Part shown: positions 54,820 to 64,000 of the stretch, one piece after another
How positions within the stretch are numbered: the stretch's first letter is position 1
Layout: every line of letters begins with the position of its first letter
Assembly: GCA_964512835.1 (NCBI GenBank)
Contig: CAZELA010000003.1
Coordinates: 88,098 to 152,097 of the forward strand
Direction of reading: 5' to 3'
From: an uncultured Candidatus Saccharibacteria bacterium
GTDB taxonomy: Bacteria; Patescibacteriota; Minisyncoccia; Phycocordibacterales; UBA2100
DNA length: 64,000 nucleotides
Translations under genes and position numbers: made by a program
The notes under the pieces: generated by a model
The model's input: only the letters and a program-made list of their open reading frames with translations
Told to the model about the DNA's origin: nothing
Databases searched by the model: none

Positions 54820-56953
54820 CGCCCTGTGACGGTGTGAGGCCCTTGCGTGCAGCCCACTCCGGATCAGCGGCTTTGATTGAGAGATTATAGCGTCCTTTCT
54901 CGTCGATTTCCTTCAATACGACAGGAACAACGTCGCCGATTTGTACCGCTTCGGAAATGTTTCCGATTCTGAACGGTGCAACCTCGGATACGTGTACGAG
55001 ACCGTCCTGATTCGGCGAGATCTTCACGAATGCTCCGAAGTCCATCATACGCACCACTTGACCTTCGAATCGGTCTCCCACCATGAACTCGCGCGTGAGA
55101 TCGGAGATCTCCTTGAGCGCGGCTTCTGCGGCGCCGTCGCGACCGGTGATGAAGATCGAACCGTCGTCTTCGATCGTAATGTCGTCTGCGCCGGTGCGCT
55201 CCTTGATGCCGTTGATTGTCTTTCCTCCGGGGCCGATAACAAGACCGATCTGGTCGACCTTCACGTGCATGGTCAGGATCTTCGGTGCACGCGGAGAAAT
55301 GTCGGCTCGAGGCTCAGCTATCGCACCCGTGATGACATCGAGAATCTGCATGCGAGCTTTCTTCGCCTGAGCGAATGCTTTGCCCAACACGTCGAGCGGC
55401 ACTCCCTCGACTTTCACGTCCATCTGTACCGCGGTCACTCCTTCGGATGTTCCCGCAACCTTGAAGTCCATATCACCGTGGTGATCTTCCGGACCCTGAA
55501 TGTCGGTTAGCACGCGGTACTCGCCTTTCTGTGCGTCGGACATCATGCCCATTGCGATACCGGCGACCGGTCGAGTAATCGGTACACCTGCATCCATGAG
55601 AGCTAGGGTGCCCGCACATGTTGATGCCATCGAGGTGGATCCGTTAGATGCGAGTGATTCTGCGACGATACGGATGGTGTACGGGAATACGTCTTTTGCG
55701 GGGAGCACGGCACGGAGCGCCTTTTCGGCGAGTGCGCCGTGCCCGATCATTCGTCGGTTTGTTCCTCCCATGCGACCTGTCTCGCCGACCGAGAACGGCG
55801 GGAAGTTGTAGTGGAGCATGAAGCTCTTCTTTGCTTCCTGGTATTCGATCGTATCGATGAGTTGTGCGTCACCGGGGCCGCCGAGCGTGAGTGCGGCAAG
55901 TACGTGCGTGGCGCCTCGGTAAAAGAGACCCGAGCCGTGGACGACCGGAGAGAGTGTCGCGACCTCTGCAAAGAGCGGTCGGATTTCATCCATTGCGCGT
56001 CCGTCGACACGTTTGCCGTCGTTGATCGCAAGGTCATGAACATACTCGTCCATCTTGTGTTCGTAGAGCGCATCGATCTTTCCCGGCTGCGCGTCAGGGA
56101 GTGTCGCAAGCACGTGCGACATCCATTCGGACTTGAGCGTGTTGAAGGCTTCCTTGTCGAGAATGCCGTTGTATTCGGCGATCTTCGGTACAAGGTAGGA
56201 CTGCCACATCGCTTCGATAACGCCGGCGACTTCCGCATCTTCGGGTTTAACGAAGCTGAACTTTTCCTTGCCGCGCTCTGCGATGATCGATTGCTGCCAT
56301 GCCTGGATTTTTTCGATCTCTGCGCTCGCTTTCGCGAGAGCTTTTTCGAGCGTCGCTTCGGTGACTTCGTTTGCACCGACTTCGATCATGTTGATGAGTC
56401 CGTCTTTACCGCACGCGAGCAGGTCCATGCGCACACCTTCGGCTTCGCGCTCCTTGTAGCTCGGATTCACGATGAATTCGCCGTCGTCGGCGAGTTCGAG
56501 TCGCATTGCGGATACCGGGCCGTTCCACGGTATATGCGAGGTGGCGATAGCGAGCGATGCCGCGTTCACTGCAAGCACGTCCGTGTCGTAGTCCTCGATG
56601 GACAGTACCGTGATGATCACCTGCACATCACGTTTCAACCCCTTCGGGAACAGCGGACGGATGGTGCGGTCGACGATGCGACCCGAGAGGATTGCCTCTT
56701 CTGACGGGCGGCCTTCACGTCGCATGAATCGGGACCCAAGGATTGCGCCCGCTGCGTAGAACTTCTCCTCGTATTCGACCGAAAGCGGAAAGTAGTCGAG
56801 ATTGCTCTCGCGGCTTCCCATGACTGCGGTCGCGAGGACTGCCGAATTGCCGTAGCGCATGAGCACTGAACCGGATGCCTGGTCTGCCCAATCGTTAAAC
56901 TCTGCTGTTAATGTCTTTCCCCCGACTTCGAGAGAATAAATCTTCTTTTCCAT
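54773..56953 (-). CDS. pnp: Polyribonucleotide nucleotidyltransferase (PNPase)
   Basis: Two RNase PH domains, then KH and S1 domains. Conserved motifs FPPFSVGE, GHGALAEKAL. Confidence 0.9.
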   Translation of the reverse strand: MEKKIYSLEVGGKTLTAEFNDWADQASGSVLMRYGNSAVLATAVMGSRESNLDYFPLSVEYEEKFYAAGAILGSRFMRREGRPSEEAILSGRIVDRTIRPLFPKGLKRDVQVIITVLSIEDYDTDVLAVNAASLAIATSHIPWNGPVSAMRLELADDGEFIVNPSYKEREAEGVRMDLLACGKDGLINMIEVGANEVTEATLEKALAKASAEIEKIQAWQQSIIAERGKEKFSFVKPEDAEVAGVIEAMWQSYLVPKIAEYNGILDKEAFNTLKSEWMSHVLATLPDAQPGKIDALYEHKMDEYVHDLAINDGKRVDGRAMDEIRPLFAEVATLSPVVHGSGLFYRGATHVLAALTLGGPGDAQLIDTIEYQEAKKSFMLHYNFPPFSVGETGRMGGTNRRMIGHGALAEKALRAVLPAKDVFPYTIRIVAESLASNGSTSMASTCAGTLALMDAGVPITRPVAGIAMGMMSDAQKGEYRVLTDIQGPEDHHGDMDFKVAGTSEGVTAVQMDVKVEGVPLDVLGKAFAQAKKARMQILDVITGAIAEPRADISPRAPKILTMHVKVDQIGLVIGPGGKTINGIKERTGADDITIEDDGSIFITGRDGAAEAALKEISDLTREFMVGDRFEGQVVRMMDFGAFVKISPNQDGLVHVSEVAPFRIGNISEAVQIGDVVPVVLKEIDEKGRYNLSIKAADPEWAARKGLTPSQGDGRDHGRRENRDRRI

Positions 56954-57132
56954 TGTGTGGATCAGATTACTGACCCCCGGATTTTAGGTCTCAAATCGGG
57001 TGTCCGTCTTGAGAGCTACCTATCCAAGGGTCACTATTAATGTATGCAGGCACTGTAGCAGGAATGTCGGGGACTTGCCATGAAGGCCGAATGTAGGCAT
57101 AGTCCGAAACGGAACATAACGGGAGCAATGCC

Positions 57133-57762
57133 ATGAAAGCCAATCGGCCTACGTTCAAGATGCAGTCGTACTGGACTGCCCTCATCGCCGTCTCGCTGTT
57201 CACGACGGCCTACGTGCCGGAGACCCGCCACGGCAAGCTGATCTGTGTCGGCGTCGTCCTCGCGGTCAGTCTGCTCGCCTACCTGCGACGCGCGATCGCA
57301 GCCGGGCTCAGCGACGGGAAGTCGACTGTCTCGGAGTCCGTCGTCGAGCGGGTCCTGATGACAGTGTTCATCGCCGTGACCCTCGGTACGGTGTACTGGG
57401 CAAAAGGAGAGGTCATGATCACAATGCTGACGTGCCTCATCGCCTGTTCGGTCGCCGAAGTCGCATCGAAGCGCGCGCACGATCGCTCGGAACGGGACGT
57501 CAATACGACCCAGCTCGGTGTATTCCACCTTGCTCCCGTCGTGGTCGCGCTCGCGCTTGTCGGTGCGTACATGGCAGGCGTCTCCGTATGGTTTGTCATC
57601 GGGTTTGCGGCGCTCACGGCTGTCTCGCACATGCTGTACGGCCATTCGCTCGACGAGGTCGAGAAACGGCCATCCAATGTGGTCTTGCTCGACGAAAGCG
57701 ACGACACGCCGTCTACGGTGGTGCCGCTGCGCGCGGTCGACAACACGACTACGGCATCCTGA
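57133..57762 (+). CDS. hypothetical membrane protein
   Basis: SD GGGAGCAA. Five or six TM segments. Terminator at about 57781-57810. Confidence 0.5.
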   Translation: MKANRPTFKMQSYWTALIAVSLFTTAYVPETRHGKLICVGVVLAVSLLAYLRRAIAAGLSDGKSTVSESVVERVLMTVFIAVTLGTVYWAKGEVMITMLTCLIACSVAEVASKRAHDRSERDVNTTQLGVFHLAPVVVALALVGAYMAGVSVWFVIGFAALTAVSHMLYGHSLDEVEKRPSNVVLLDESDDTPSTVVPLRAVDNTTTAS

Positions 57763-57780
57763 TCTTCCATCGATTCGAAC

Positions 57781-57810
57781 AAAGCCGCGGGGCGACCCGC
57801 GGCTTTTTCT
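57781..57810 (+). terminator. Rho-independent terminator
   Basis: AAAGCCGCGGG-GCGA-CCCGCGGCTTTTTCTT. Confidence 0.75.
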
Positions 57811-57839
57811 TATGCACGGCTGTGCTACGATTCTGGCTC

Positions 57840-58817
57840 ATGAGACTCTTTCTCTTCCCCGCTATCGTGACGATCGTCGCGTTCGCTGCCGCGTTCATAT
57901 ACGGAGGCCCGCAGGCACTCTTTTTGGTCGCACTGCTCGCCGTACTTGAAACAACACTCTCGTTCGACAACGCCGTTATCAATGCAAAAGTGCTCGGCAA
58001 CATGTCGCCGCTGTGGCAGCGCCGATTCCTCACGTGGGGAATTCTCTTTGCGGTGTTCGGTACGCGTTTTGTTCTACCGATCCTTATCGTATCCGTCGCG
58101 GCGCTCCTCTCCCCGTTCGAGGTCACGCGCCTCGCATTCTTTGATGCGGCTGCATACGGAGAACACCTGAAGGATGCGCATGTCGCGATCTCGGCATTCG
58201 GCAGCGCGTTCCTTATGCTTGTGTCGCTCAAATACTTCTTCAACGAAGCAAAGACCATTCACTGGATCGAGGCCATCGAGCGCCGCATCTCGGGCTGGGG
58301 CAAGATCGAAGCGATCGAGATTGCCATGACGCTTTTTGTGATGCTTTTGTGTGCACTCTTCGTTCCTGCTGAGGAATCGACCGCGCTCTTGATTGCGGGA
58401 ATTGTCGGCGTCGTAATCTTCGTCGTTATCGAGGGCATTTCGCACTCGTTCTCTCACGTGCATACAAGCGTTGCGACCGGCGGACTCGCCTTGTTCGTGT
58501 ATCTCAACATCCTCGACTCGGCATTCTCGCTCGATGGTGTCGTCGGCGCCTTTGCCATTACCACGCAGCTTCCGATCATCATCGCCGGCCTCGGCATCGG
58601 TGCGTTGTTCGTGCGCACATTCACCATAGCCCTCGTCCGGGCAAAAACGCTCTCGTCGCTTGTGTATCTGGAACACGGCGCACACTGGGCGATTTTCGGT
58701 CTCGCACTCTCGATGCTTGCAAGTATTTTTGTTCATGTGCCTGAGGCCGTTACCGGCCTCATCGGCTTTATCTTCGTTGCGCTTTCGTACGTGTCCTCTA
58801 AAAAGGCTCGCGCTTAG
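57840..58817 (+). CDS. integral membrane protein, TerC/DUF475-like
   Basis: Start at MRLFLFPAIV (ATG 57840). Motif ETTLSFDNAVINAKVL resembles the TerC/DUF475 SxDN signature. Eight to nine TM segments. The 5' part of the tool ORF is shadow sequence. Confidence 0.55.
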   Translation: MRLFLFPAIVTIVAFAAAFIYGGPQALFLVALLAVLETTLSFDNAVINAKVLGNMSPLWQRRFLTWGILFAVFGTRFVLPILIVSVAALLSPFEVTRLAFFDAAAYGEHLKDAHVAISAFGSAFLMLVSLKYFFNEAKTIHWIEAIERRISGWGKIEAIEIAMTLFVMLLCALFVPAEESTALLIAGIVGVVIFVVIEGISHSFSHVHTSVATGGLALFVYLNILDSAFSLDGVVGAFAITTQLPIIIAGLGIGALFVRTFTIALVRAKTLSSLVYLEHGAHWAIFGLALSMLASIFVHVPEAVTGLIGFIFVALSYVSSKKARA

Positions 58818-60541
58818 TCCACAAACAATCGTGCGAGCCTGATGTCTTCGAACGAGCGCTCCCCTTTGAGTGCCTGAAAGATCGGCGTGAGTGCTGTTAG
58901 CTTCTTTTTCTTGATGATAGCGATGATCGGTTTCAGCTCCTTTTGTTTGTCGGCTCCGAGCAGAGAACCGAGCGCGGCGGCCGGGAGTTTCTCTGAGCGA
59001 CGGAGGTCTTCGATATGTGACACGATTGTACCCGGTTTGAGTTTGCGTTCGATCGCAATCTCCTCGAGCGAAAGGTTCTTGAGTACGAGCTCGAGCGTTG
59101 CCTCGTGCGTATCCACTTTTTCTTTGTGAGGCTCGGGCACAACACCGCCGCGCGGGTCACCGCCGAGGGCGGTTACGAACGCATCCGCGTACTGTTTGTG
59201 CTCATCGGCAGGCATGTCGTCGAACTTTTTTCGTGCTGAGGCGGAGTTCAGTTTGAAATTCCGGTCCTGTAGTGCGACTTCGGGATGTATCTGCAGTGCA
59301 CGCTCGTTGTAGCCGAGCAGGTACAACCCGGACAGATCGCGTACGCGAGAGAGCGCAACGTATCCCTGCCCGTATTCAAATGCCTGCGAAAGGTCGACTG
59401 CGGCGGAGTCGAGTGTCATGCCCTGACTTTTATGTACGGTTACAGCCCACGCCAGACGGAGCGGTACCTGCGCCACGCGGGCAAGTACCTTGCCGCCGTC
59501 GGTCACTGACCACTCTGCCGGTTGTGCAAGGATCGTACGGCCGCTATTGGTTTTGATGACCGGTCCGGCGTCATTGAAGTCCACGACTTCCCCGAGTGTG
59601 CCGTTGGCATACGAACCGTCGAGAGCGTTCTTGGTGAACATGACGCGCGCACCGAGTTTCAGCGTGAGGACTTCCGGTGAAAGACAACCCCGCTTCAGCG
59701 ACTCGACGATGTGCGCGGCGCCCTTGGATACCATCGTGTACGTGTGTCTTGTTTCATCGAGCGAATCGAGGCGGTTCGTATTTTCTCGATCGACGGAAGC
59801 GTTATGCGAATAGAGTCGTGCGGCGTCGTCGGGCAGGTCCTCGAGTTCATGTTGCCTACCCTGCAGGAGGTTGTGATGGTCCTCGGTCACTGTACCGCGT
59901 CGGATAGCGGTCAACAGTCCGAGGAACTCTGCGTCGTCTTGGCGATGCTGTTCCGACAAGTAACACACAATCGGGTTTGCGGCAGCCCATGCCGGCGATG
60001 TGTATGAAAATGATGTTTTCGGCGGAGACTTTTTTGCGACCGGTTCCCCGTCGAACGAGATCGTATCCGTATCCGCTTCGATTTGTGCGATCTTTTCGGA
60101 TGCGGAGACCGGCGGCAGTTGAAAGAAGTCGCCGACAAACACTACTTGCATGCCGCCCCACGGTTTCTGTGTGCGCTTTAAGGCGCGGATCGCCTGTTCC
60201 GCCATGCCGAGCGTGCGCGCGTCGATCATTGATATTTCGTCAATGATGAGCACCTTTGTCGCCTGTGCGCGTTTTACCAACCGCTCGCGCGATGTGATCT
60301 CGTCGATGTCGTACTCGGTAAGATGGCGCTTTACGCCGATGCCGGTCCACGCATGGATCGTCATGCCGCCCACATGTGTTGCGGCAATGCCGGTTGATGC
60401 GGTGATTGCCGGTTCGATTCCCCGCTCACGTAGCCACTTCACGTACGTATTGATGGTGTGAGTTTTACCGCTTCCCGGCTCGCCGGTCAGAAATACGTTC
60501 GCACCGGTTTGCAAAATGGAGAGTGCGACGTCCTGCTTCAT
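58814..60541 (-). CDS. PIF1/RecD-like SF1 DNA helicase with C-terminal helix-turn-helix domain
   Basis: Walker A LTGEPGSGKTHTI, motif II VLIIDEISMI, VFVGDFFQLPPV and VTVHKSQGMTLD are typical of Pif1-family helicases. C-terminal LSLEEIAIERKLKPGTIVSHI is HTH-like. Start chosen at MKQDVAL (about 60539-60541), downstream of a perfect 10-bp palindromic hairpin. Confidence 0.75.
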   Translation of the reverse strand: MKQDVALSILQTGANVFLTGEPGSGKTHTINTYVKWLRERGIEPAITASTGIAATHVGGMTIHAWTGIGVKRHLTEYDIDEITSRERLVKRAQATKVLIIDEISMIDARTLGMAEQAIRALKRTQKPWGGMQVVFVGDFFQLPPVSASEKIAQIEADTDTISFDGEPVAKKSPPKTSFSYTSPAWAAANPIVCYLSEQHRQDDAEFLGLLTAIRRGTVTEDHHNLLQGRQHELEDLPDDAARLYSHNASVDRENTNRLDSLDETRHTYTMVSKGAAHIVESLKRGCLSPEVLTLKLGARVMFTKNALDGSYANGTLGEVVDFNDAGPVIKTNSGRTILAQPAEWSVTDGGKVLARVAQVPLRLAWAVTVHKSQGMTLDSAAVDLSQAFEYGQGYVALSRVRDLSGLYLLGYNERALQIHPEVALQDRNFKLNSASARKKFDDMPADEHKQYADAFVTALGGDPRGGVVPEPHKEKVDTHEATLELVLKNLSLEEIAIERKLKPGTIVSHIEDLRRSEKLPAAALGSLLGADKQKELKPIIAIIKKKKLTALTPIFQALKGERSFEDIRLARLFVD

Positions 60542-60562
60542 GCAGGGCAGTGTACCAAAACA

Positions 60563-60586
60563 GACAACCGCGCTCTGCAGAGCGCG
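60563..60586. other. Perfect 10-bp-stem palindromic hairpin between the NYN and helicase genes
   Basis: AACCGCGCTC-TGCA-GAGCGCGGTT. On the minus strand it is followed by a T-rich stretch (GTCTGTTTTGG) just before the helicase start. Confidence 0.45.
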
Positions 60587-60603
60587 GTTGTTTGTCATGG
60601 CGG

Positions 60604-61215
60604 TTACTTATCGTCGCGGGAGTTTTCGAGCAGTTCGTTCTGCACGCCGATCTCCGACGAGTCTTCGGGGGCCTGCATGCGAGGCGCTCCCCGTTTCTGA
60701 CTGCCGCGGTAGTTGATCAGGTAGCGGCGCGGATCTTCGTCGAGGTCGAGGAAGTGATCGGCCGCCTCTTTGAGTTTGCTTGAGGTTGAGCGACCGAACG
60801 AAGCGACTTCTACCTGGCAGCCGCCGTGTACCTGGAGGTACTTAACAAGCGGAATGAAGTCACCGTCGCCGGTAAAGAGGATAACTGTATCGAGTTTCGG
60901 CGACATGGTGATTGCGTCGACCGCCATACCCACGTCCCAGTCGGCCTTTTTCGCACCGCCGAAAAAAACCTGGAGGTCTTTTGTGGTGGTTTCGATGCCG
61001 ATCTTACCGAGCGCTTCAAAAAAGCCCTTCTCTTCCCCGCTTTCGGTTGTCACTACATATGCTCGCGCTCGAATGAGGCGTCGGCCTGCGACGGAGTCTT
61101 TGAGAACGTTCCCGAAGTTCACGCGGGCGTGGTAGATGTTCTTTGCGCTGTGATAGAGGTTCTGTGTGTCGATGAAAACGCCGACACGCTGCTCTGGATG
61201 TTTGATGATTGCCAT
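60604..61215 (-). CDS. NYN-domain (LabA-like) predicted ribonuclease
   Basis: RVGVFIDTQNLYHSA ... DWDVGMAVDAI ... VILFTGDGDFIPLV shows the NYN/LabA acidic residue pattern. Immediately upstream of the helicase on the same strand. Confidence 0.7.
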   Translation of the reverse strand: MAIIKHPEQRVGVFIDTQNLYHSAKNIYHARVNFGNVLKDSVAGRRLIRARAYVVTTESGEEKGFFEALGKIGIETTTKDLQVFFGGAKKADWDVGMAVDAITMSPKLDTVILFTGDGDFIPLVKYLQVHGGCQVEVASFGRSTSSKLKEAADHFLDLDEDPRRYLINYRGSQKRGAPRMQAPEDSSEIGVQNELLENSRDDK

Positions 61216-61352
61216 AAAAATGAAGAAATCCTACGTACTAAACGGTCCGACAAAACAAAAAACGGACCAATACCCGTTGAATACCTATTGAGAGTGTTCT
61301 CCCGAAGGAGTGGCGGCAAAAAATGATACAGGGCGAGCGCCCCGATCGACCG

Positions 61353-61619
61353 TTATTTCTTGAGGCCGAGTTTCTTCACGAGCGTGCCGTAAGCGCGCTT
61401 GTTATTCTCTTCCAAGTATTTCAAATGCTTTCGGCGATCGGCAACGAGACCCAAAAGTCCGCGGCGCGAGTGCTTGTCCTTGTTGTTTTTGCTCAAATGA
61501 GCAGAAAGCTCCTCGATTCGTCGTGTCAAAATAGCGATCTGCACCTCCGGAGAACCGGTGTCGGTGTCGTGGCGCTTCGCCTTGCTGATTTCATTTGCCT
61601 TCTTTCGCTTCGTTAGCAT
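61353..61619 (-). CDS. rpsO: 30S ribosomal protein S15
   Basis: MLTKRKKANEISKAKRHDTDTGSPEVQIAILTRRIEELSAHLSKNNKDKHSRRGLLGLVADRRKHLKYL. Monocistronic; not adjacent to pnp. Confidence 0.9.
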   Translation of the reverse strand: MLTKRKKANEISKAKRHDTDTGSPEVQIAILTRRIEELSAHLSKNNKDKHSRRGLLGLVADRRKHLKYLEENNKRAYGTLVKKLGLKK

Positions 61620-61759
61620 ACGAGGAGAATAGCATATTAAATGGCTTAAAGCAAGGGCCCCGAGGCTTTGCGCCTCGGGGCCGAATACCCCCAAAATAGG
61701 CCGTTATTAGGCCATATTTTGGACAAATGTCTATTTTCGTGCAATCGCGACCGAAACCG

Positions 61760-62263
61760 TTACTGGTTGGCCGGAGCCTTTACATCGACGAGCTGAACCT
61801 CAAAAACGATGGTGGAATTAGCGGGGATGATGGTGGCTCCCGTCTGCGGGTTGGTTACCGGCTTGTCACCATAAGCGAGCGTGGGCGGGACCGCCATTAC
61901 GCGCTGACCGCCTACTTTCATACCGTTAACGCCGATCTGGAAGCCCGGAATCATGTCCTGAGAGCCGAGTACGAAGGTCAGCGGCTGGTTGTCATGAGCG
62001 GCCGAGCTGTCGAATACGGTACCGTCGGTCAATTTGCCGACGTACAAGACCGATACTGTGGCGCCCGGAGTCGCTTCAGCGCCGGTACCCACCTTTACTT
62101 CCTGTGCCTGAACCTGGTCGCCCGCTGCCGGGGTTGAGGTGGCGTTCTGCTGTGCGGTTGCCGGTGAAGCGGAACCGCCGCTCATAAATTTGTAGGTCGC
62201 GTAACCGCCGAGGAGTACGACGATGAGGACGATGACCCAGATAACGATGTTTCGTGTGTTCAT
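61760..62263 (-). CDS. FKBP-type peptidyl-prolyl cis-trans isomerase (membrane-anchored)
   Basis: TM IVIWVIVLIVVLLGGYATY then the FKBP core (VSVLYVGKLTDGTVFDSS ... PLTFVLGSQDMIPGFQIGVNGMKVGGQR ... LAYGDKPV ... IVFEVQLVDV). ATG at about 62261-62263 chosen. Confidence 0.8.
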   Translation of the reverse strand: MNTRNIVIWVIVLIVVLLGGYATYKFMSGGSASPATAQQNATSTPAAGDQVQAQEVKVGTGAEATPGATVSVLYVGKLTDGTVFDSSAAHDNQPLTFVLGSQDMIPGFQIGVNGMKVGGQRVMAVPPTLAYGDKPVTNPQTGATIIPANSTIVFEVQLVDVKAPANQ

Positions 62264-62351
62264 ATCGACCAAGAATACCGCCTCACGTGTATCGCGCAAG
62301 GAATCAGGCATGGAAAACCCCGAATAACGACCAAATCTGTATACTGCGACC

Positions 62352-63506
62352 ATGGAACCGCTGGCTTCGCAGATCCGTCCCAAGTCTTTGAGCGAATTCG
62401 TCGGACAGGAACATCTGACCGCAAAGGGTAAGCCGTTGCGTGTCGCGATCGACAAAAAGGAGCTGTTCTCATTCATTTTGTGGGGGCCGCCGGGGAGCGG
62501 CAAAACAACGCTGGCGCGTATCTATGCGAACGCGCTCGATGCGGAGTTCCATGAGCTCTCAGCGGTCGAAGCCGGCAAAGAAGATATTCGTCGCGTACTA
62601 CCCGCAAAAGGAACATTGCTCAAGCATAAGCCCGTCATTTTATTTGTTGACGAAATACATCGATTCAACAAGGCGCAGCAGGATTACCTTCTTCCGTTCG
62701 TTGAGCGCGGCGACATCACGCTCATCGGTGCGACGACCGAGAATCCGAGCTTTGAAGTTATATCGCCGTTGCTCTCCCGTGCGCGGGTGTTCGTTCTCAG
62801 CGGACACTCGGAAAAAGAAATGGAGAAGATACTTGCGCGTACGAAGTTAAAAATGCCGAAGGATGCGCGCGACTGGCTCATACAACTGGCACAAGGTGAT
62901 GCGCGTCAGGCGATCACGGCGCTCGAGACTGCCGAAAAACTGTACGGCGACATCTCGATCGACTCCTTGAAAGAAGCGATTCAGTCAACACATCTGCGCT
63001 ACGACAAAAAAGGAGAAGAGCACTACAACACGGTCTCTGCATTCATTAAATCGATGCGCGCTTCGCAGCCTGACGCGGCGCTGTACTACCTGGCGCGAAT
63101 GGTAGAGGCCGGCGAAGACCCGAAGTTCATTGCGCGTCGCATGGTTATCTTTGCGAGCGAAGACATCGGGCTCGCACAACCCACCGCGCTCGTAGTTGCG
63201 AATGCGGTATTTGAAGCGGTGCGTTCGATCGGGTACCCGGAGGCGACGATCAATCTTGCGCACGGTGCGGCATATCTGGCTCAGTGCAAAAAGGACCGAC
63301 GGTCGTACGACGGCGTATTCGCGGCACTCGCTGACGTAAAAGAATTCGGCAACCTTCCGATTCCGCTTAAGGTGCGTAACGCCCCTACGAAACTTATGAA
63401 AGAGCTCGGCTACCACAAGGGGTACAAGCTGTACGACAAAGACTCGTACCTGCCCGATAAACTGAAAAAGAAAAAATACCTCGAGGACGAGCCGGGTTCG
63501 ATCTAG
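62352..63506 (+). CDS. rarA: Replication-associated recombination protein A (RarA/MgsA)
   Basis: AAA+ Walker A ILWGPPGSGKTTLA, Walker B ILFVDEIHRFNK, MgsA C-terminal domains. Confidence 0.9.
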   Translation: MEPLASQIRPKSLSEFVGQEHLTAKGKPLRVAIDKKELFSFILWGPPGSGKTTLARIYANALDAEFHELSAVEAGKEDIRRVLPAKGTLLKHKPVILFVDEIHRFNKAQQDYLLPFVERGDITLIGATTENPSFEVISPLLSRARVFVLSGHSEKEMEKILARTKLKMPKDARDWLIQLAQGDARQAITALETAEKLYGDISIDSLKEAIQSTHLRYDKKGEEHYNTVSAFIKSMRASQPDAALYYLARMVEAGEDPKFIARRMVIFASEDIGLAQPTALVVANAVFEAVRSIGYPEATINLAHGAAYLAQCKKDRRSYDGVFAALADVKEFGNLPIPLKVRNAPTKLMKELGYHKGYKLYDKDSYLPDKLKKKKYLEDEPGSI

Positions 63507-63958
63507 ATCGCTTTCAGGAACGCGTCGAACGAGTTGGTCATAACGGCGCTCTTGAATACGTCATCGTCGCGAACGACGGTGTAACCCGCGCGGACGAGCG
63601 CCGCTGCGGCGGCGTCGGTTTTTTCCTGAAACGGATACGCAAATACGGTAATCGAGCGCCCGATTTCTGATTCGATACGGTGCTTATCCGTCAGAATTTC
63701 ATCATTGAGACCGGCTAGGTTGAGCTGTTCTACGTGTACGTGGTTTGCCGTGTGTCCGCCGATCTCCATACCGCTGTCGGCTATCTCGCGGACACGTACC
63801 CAGTCCATATGGGATGTGTCGCCGACCAAGTTGCTCGGGATAAAAAATGTGGCGTGGATACCGCGTGCGCGGAGTTCCTGTATCGCAAGTGCTTGGCCCG
63901 GCAGTGCATCGTCGAACGAAATGATGATCGGACGCTTCGGAAGTTTATGCTCCGACAA
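63503..63958 (-). CDS. Polysaccharide deacetylase (NodB-homology domain) protein
   Basis: IISFDDAL ... motif 1 (DD), HTANH zinc-binding motif and FAYPF motif of CE4 deacetylases. Near the window edge. My manual read of the displayed sequence here differs from the tool frame by 1 nt. Confidence 0.65.
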   Translation of the reverse strand: MSEHKLPKRPIIISFDDALPGQALAIQELRARGIHATFFIPSNLVGDTSHMDWVRVREIADSGMEIGGHTANHVHVEQLNLAGLNDEILTDKHRIESEIGRSITVFAYPFQEKTDAAAAALVRAGYTVVRDDDVFKSAVMTNSFDAFLKAI

Positions 63959-64000
63959 CAGTGTTTGCGCGGTCGCAAACGACAGCGGGGTGTACCCGTT

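Noticed and set aside
60541-60598. 19-codon N-terminal extension of the helicase ORF (MTNNRALQSAVVCFGTLPC)
   Set aside because: Created by a perfect 24-nt palindrome. The same peptide appears in a plus-strand ORF (60458-60700). The internal ATG at about 60541 lies just downstream of the hairpin.
61216-61352. Possible small RNA or terminator cluster between the NYN gene and rpsO
   Set aside because: Only weak hairpins (5-6 bp stems) with marginal U-runs. Likely just the rpsO terminator region.
63781-63978. 65-aa minus-strand ORF overlapping the deacetylase gene
   Set aside because: Alternative frame of the deacetylase coding region. My manual translation of the displayed sequence around 63898-63902 matched this frame rather than the tool's deacetylase frame, indicating a 1-nt reading discrepancy and not a real gene.

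Overview
This 64-kb window is chromosomal and spans the replication origin of a high-GC bacterium, with an estimated GC content of about 60%. The origin layout is dnaA-dnaN on the minus strand, divergent from rpmH-rnpA-yidC-jag on the plus strand. DnaA boxes sit on both sides of dnaA. I call about 68 CDS; most starts are supported by Shine-Dalgarno motifs and several by hairpin plus T-run terminators. No rRNA, tRNA or CRISPR array was recognised.

Gene content points to a reduced-genome lineage, possibly CPR/Patescibacteria-like. This is inference from short YidC and YebC forms, many small membrane or secreted hypotheticals, an orphan PilB ATPase, a comM homologue, and no metabolic operons.

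The main accessory feature is a 12.6-kb minus-strand cluster directly next to the origin module (26.9-39.6 kb) that encodes a type-IV-secretion-like pilus or DNA-translocation apparatus:
- a VirB2-like pilin;
- a VirB4 ATPase split into two translationally coupled ORFs;
- a PrgI/VirB3-like protein;
- a VirB6/TrbL-like polytopic protein;
- several secreted or membrane-anchored unknowns;
- no relaxase, coupling protein or integrase.

The second locus of interest lies at 11.7-14.5 kb. It holds a HExxH protein, an orphan protein whose C-terminus resembles DnaA DNA-binding domain IV, and an unusual 1-kb ORF-free region. That region contains three copies of a 13-nt motif in hairpin contexts, several DnaA-box-like 9-mers, a perfect 10-bp stem-loop and an AT-rich tract. 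It may be a datA-like or secondary origin-like DnaA-binding locus, or an unannotated ncRNA.

Other points:
- three paralogous TrmB-like regulators with GTACA-type palindromes in their promoters;
- a PIF1-like helicase plus NYN-domain operon;
- an overlapping apt-NUDIX operon;
- a stand-alone HD-domain (p)ppGpp-hydrolase-like gene.

Many long minus- or plus-strand shadow ORFs typical of high-GC DNA were rejected. A few of my manual read-offs of the displayed sequence disagreed by one base with the ORF-track frame. Motif coordinates are therefore good to about 2 nt.
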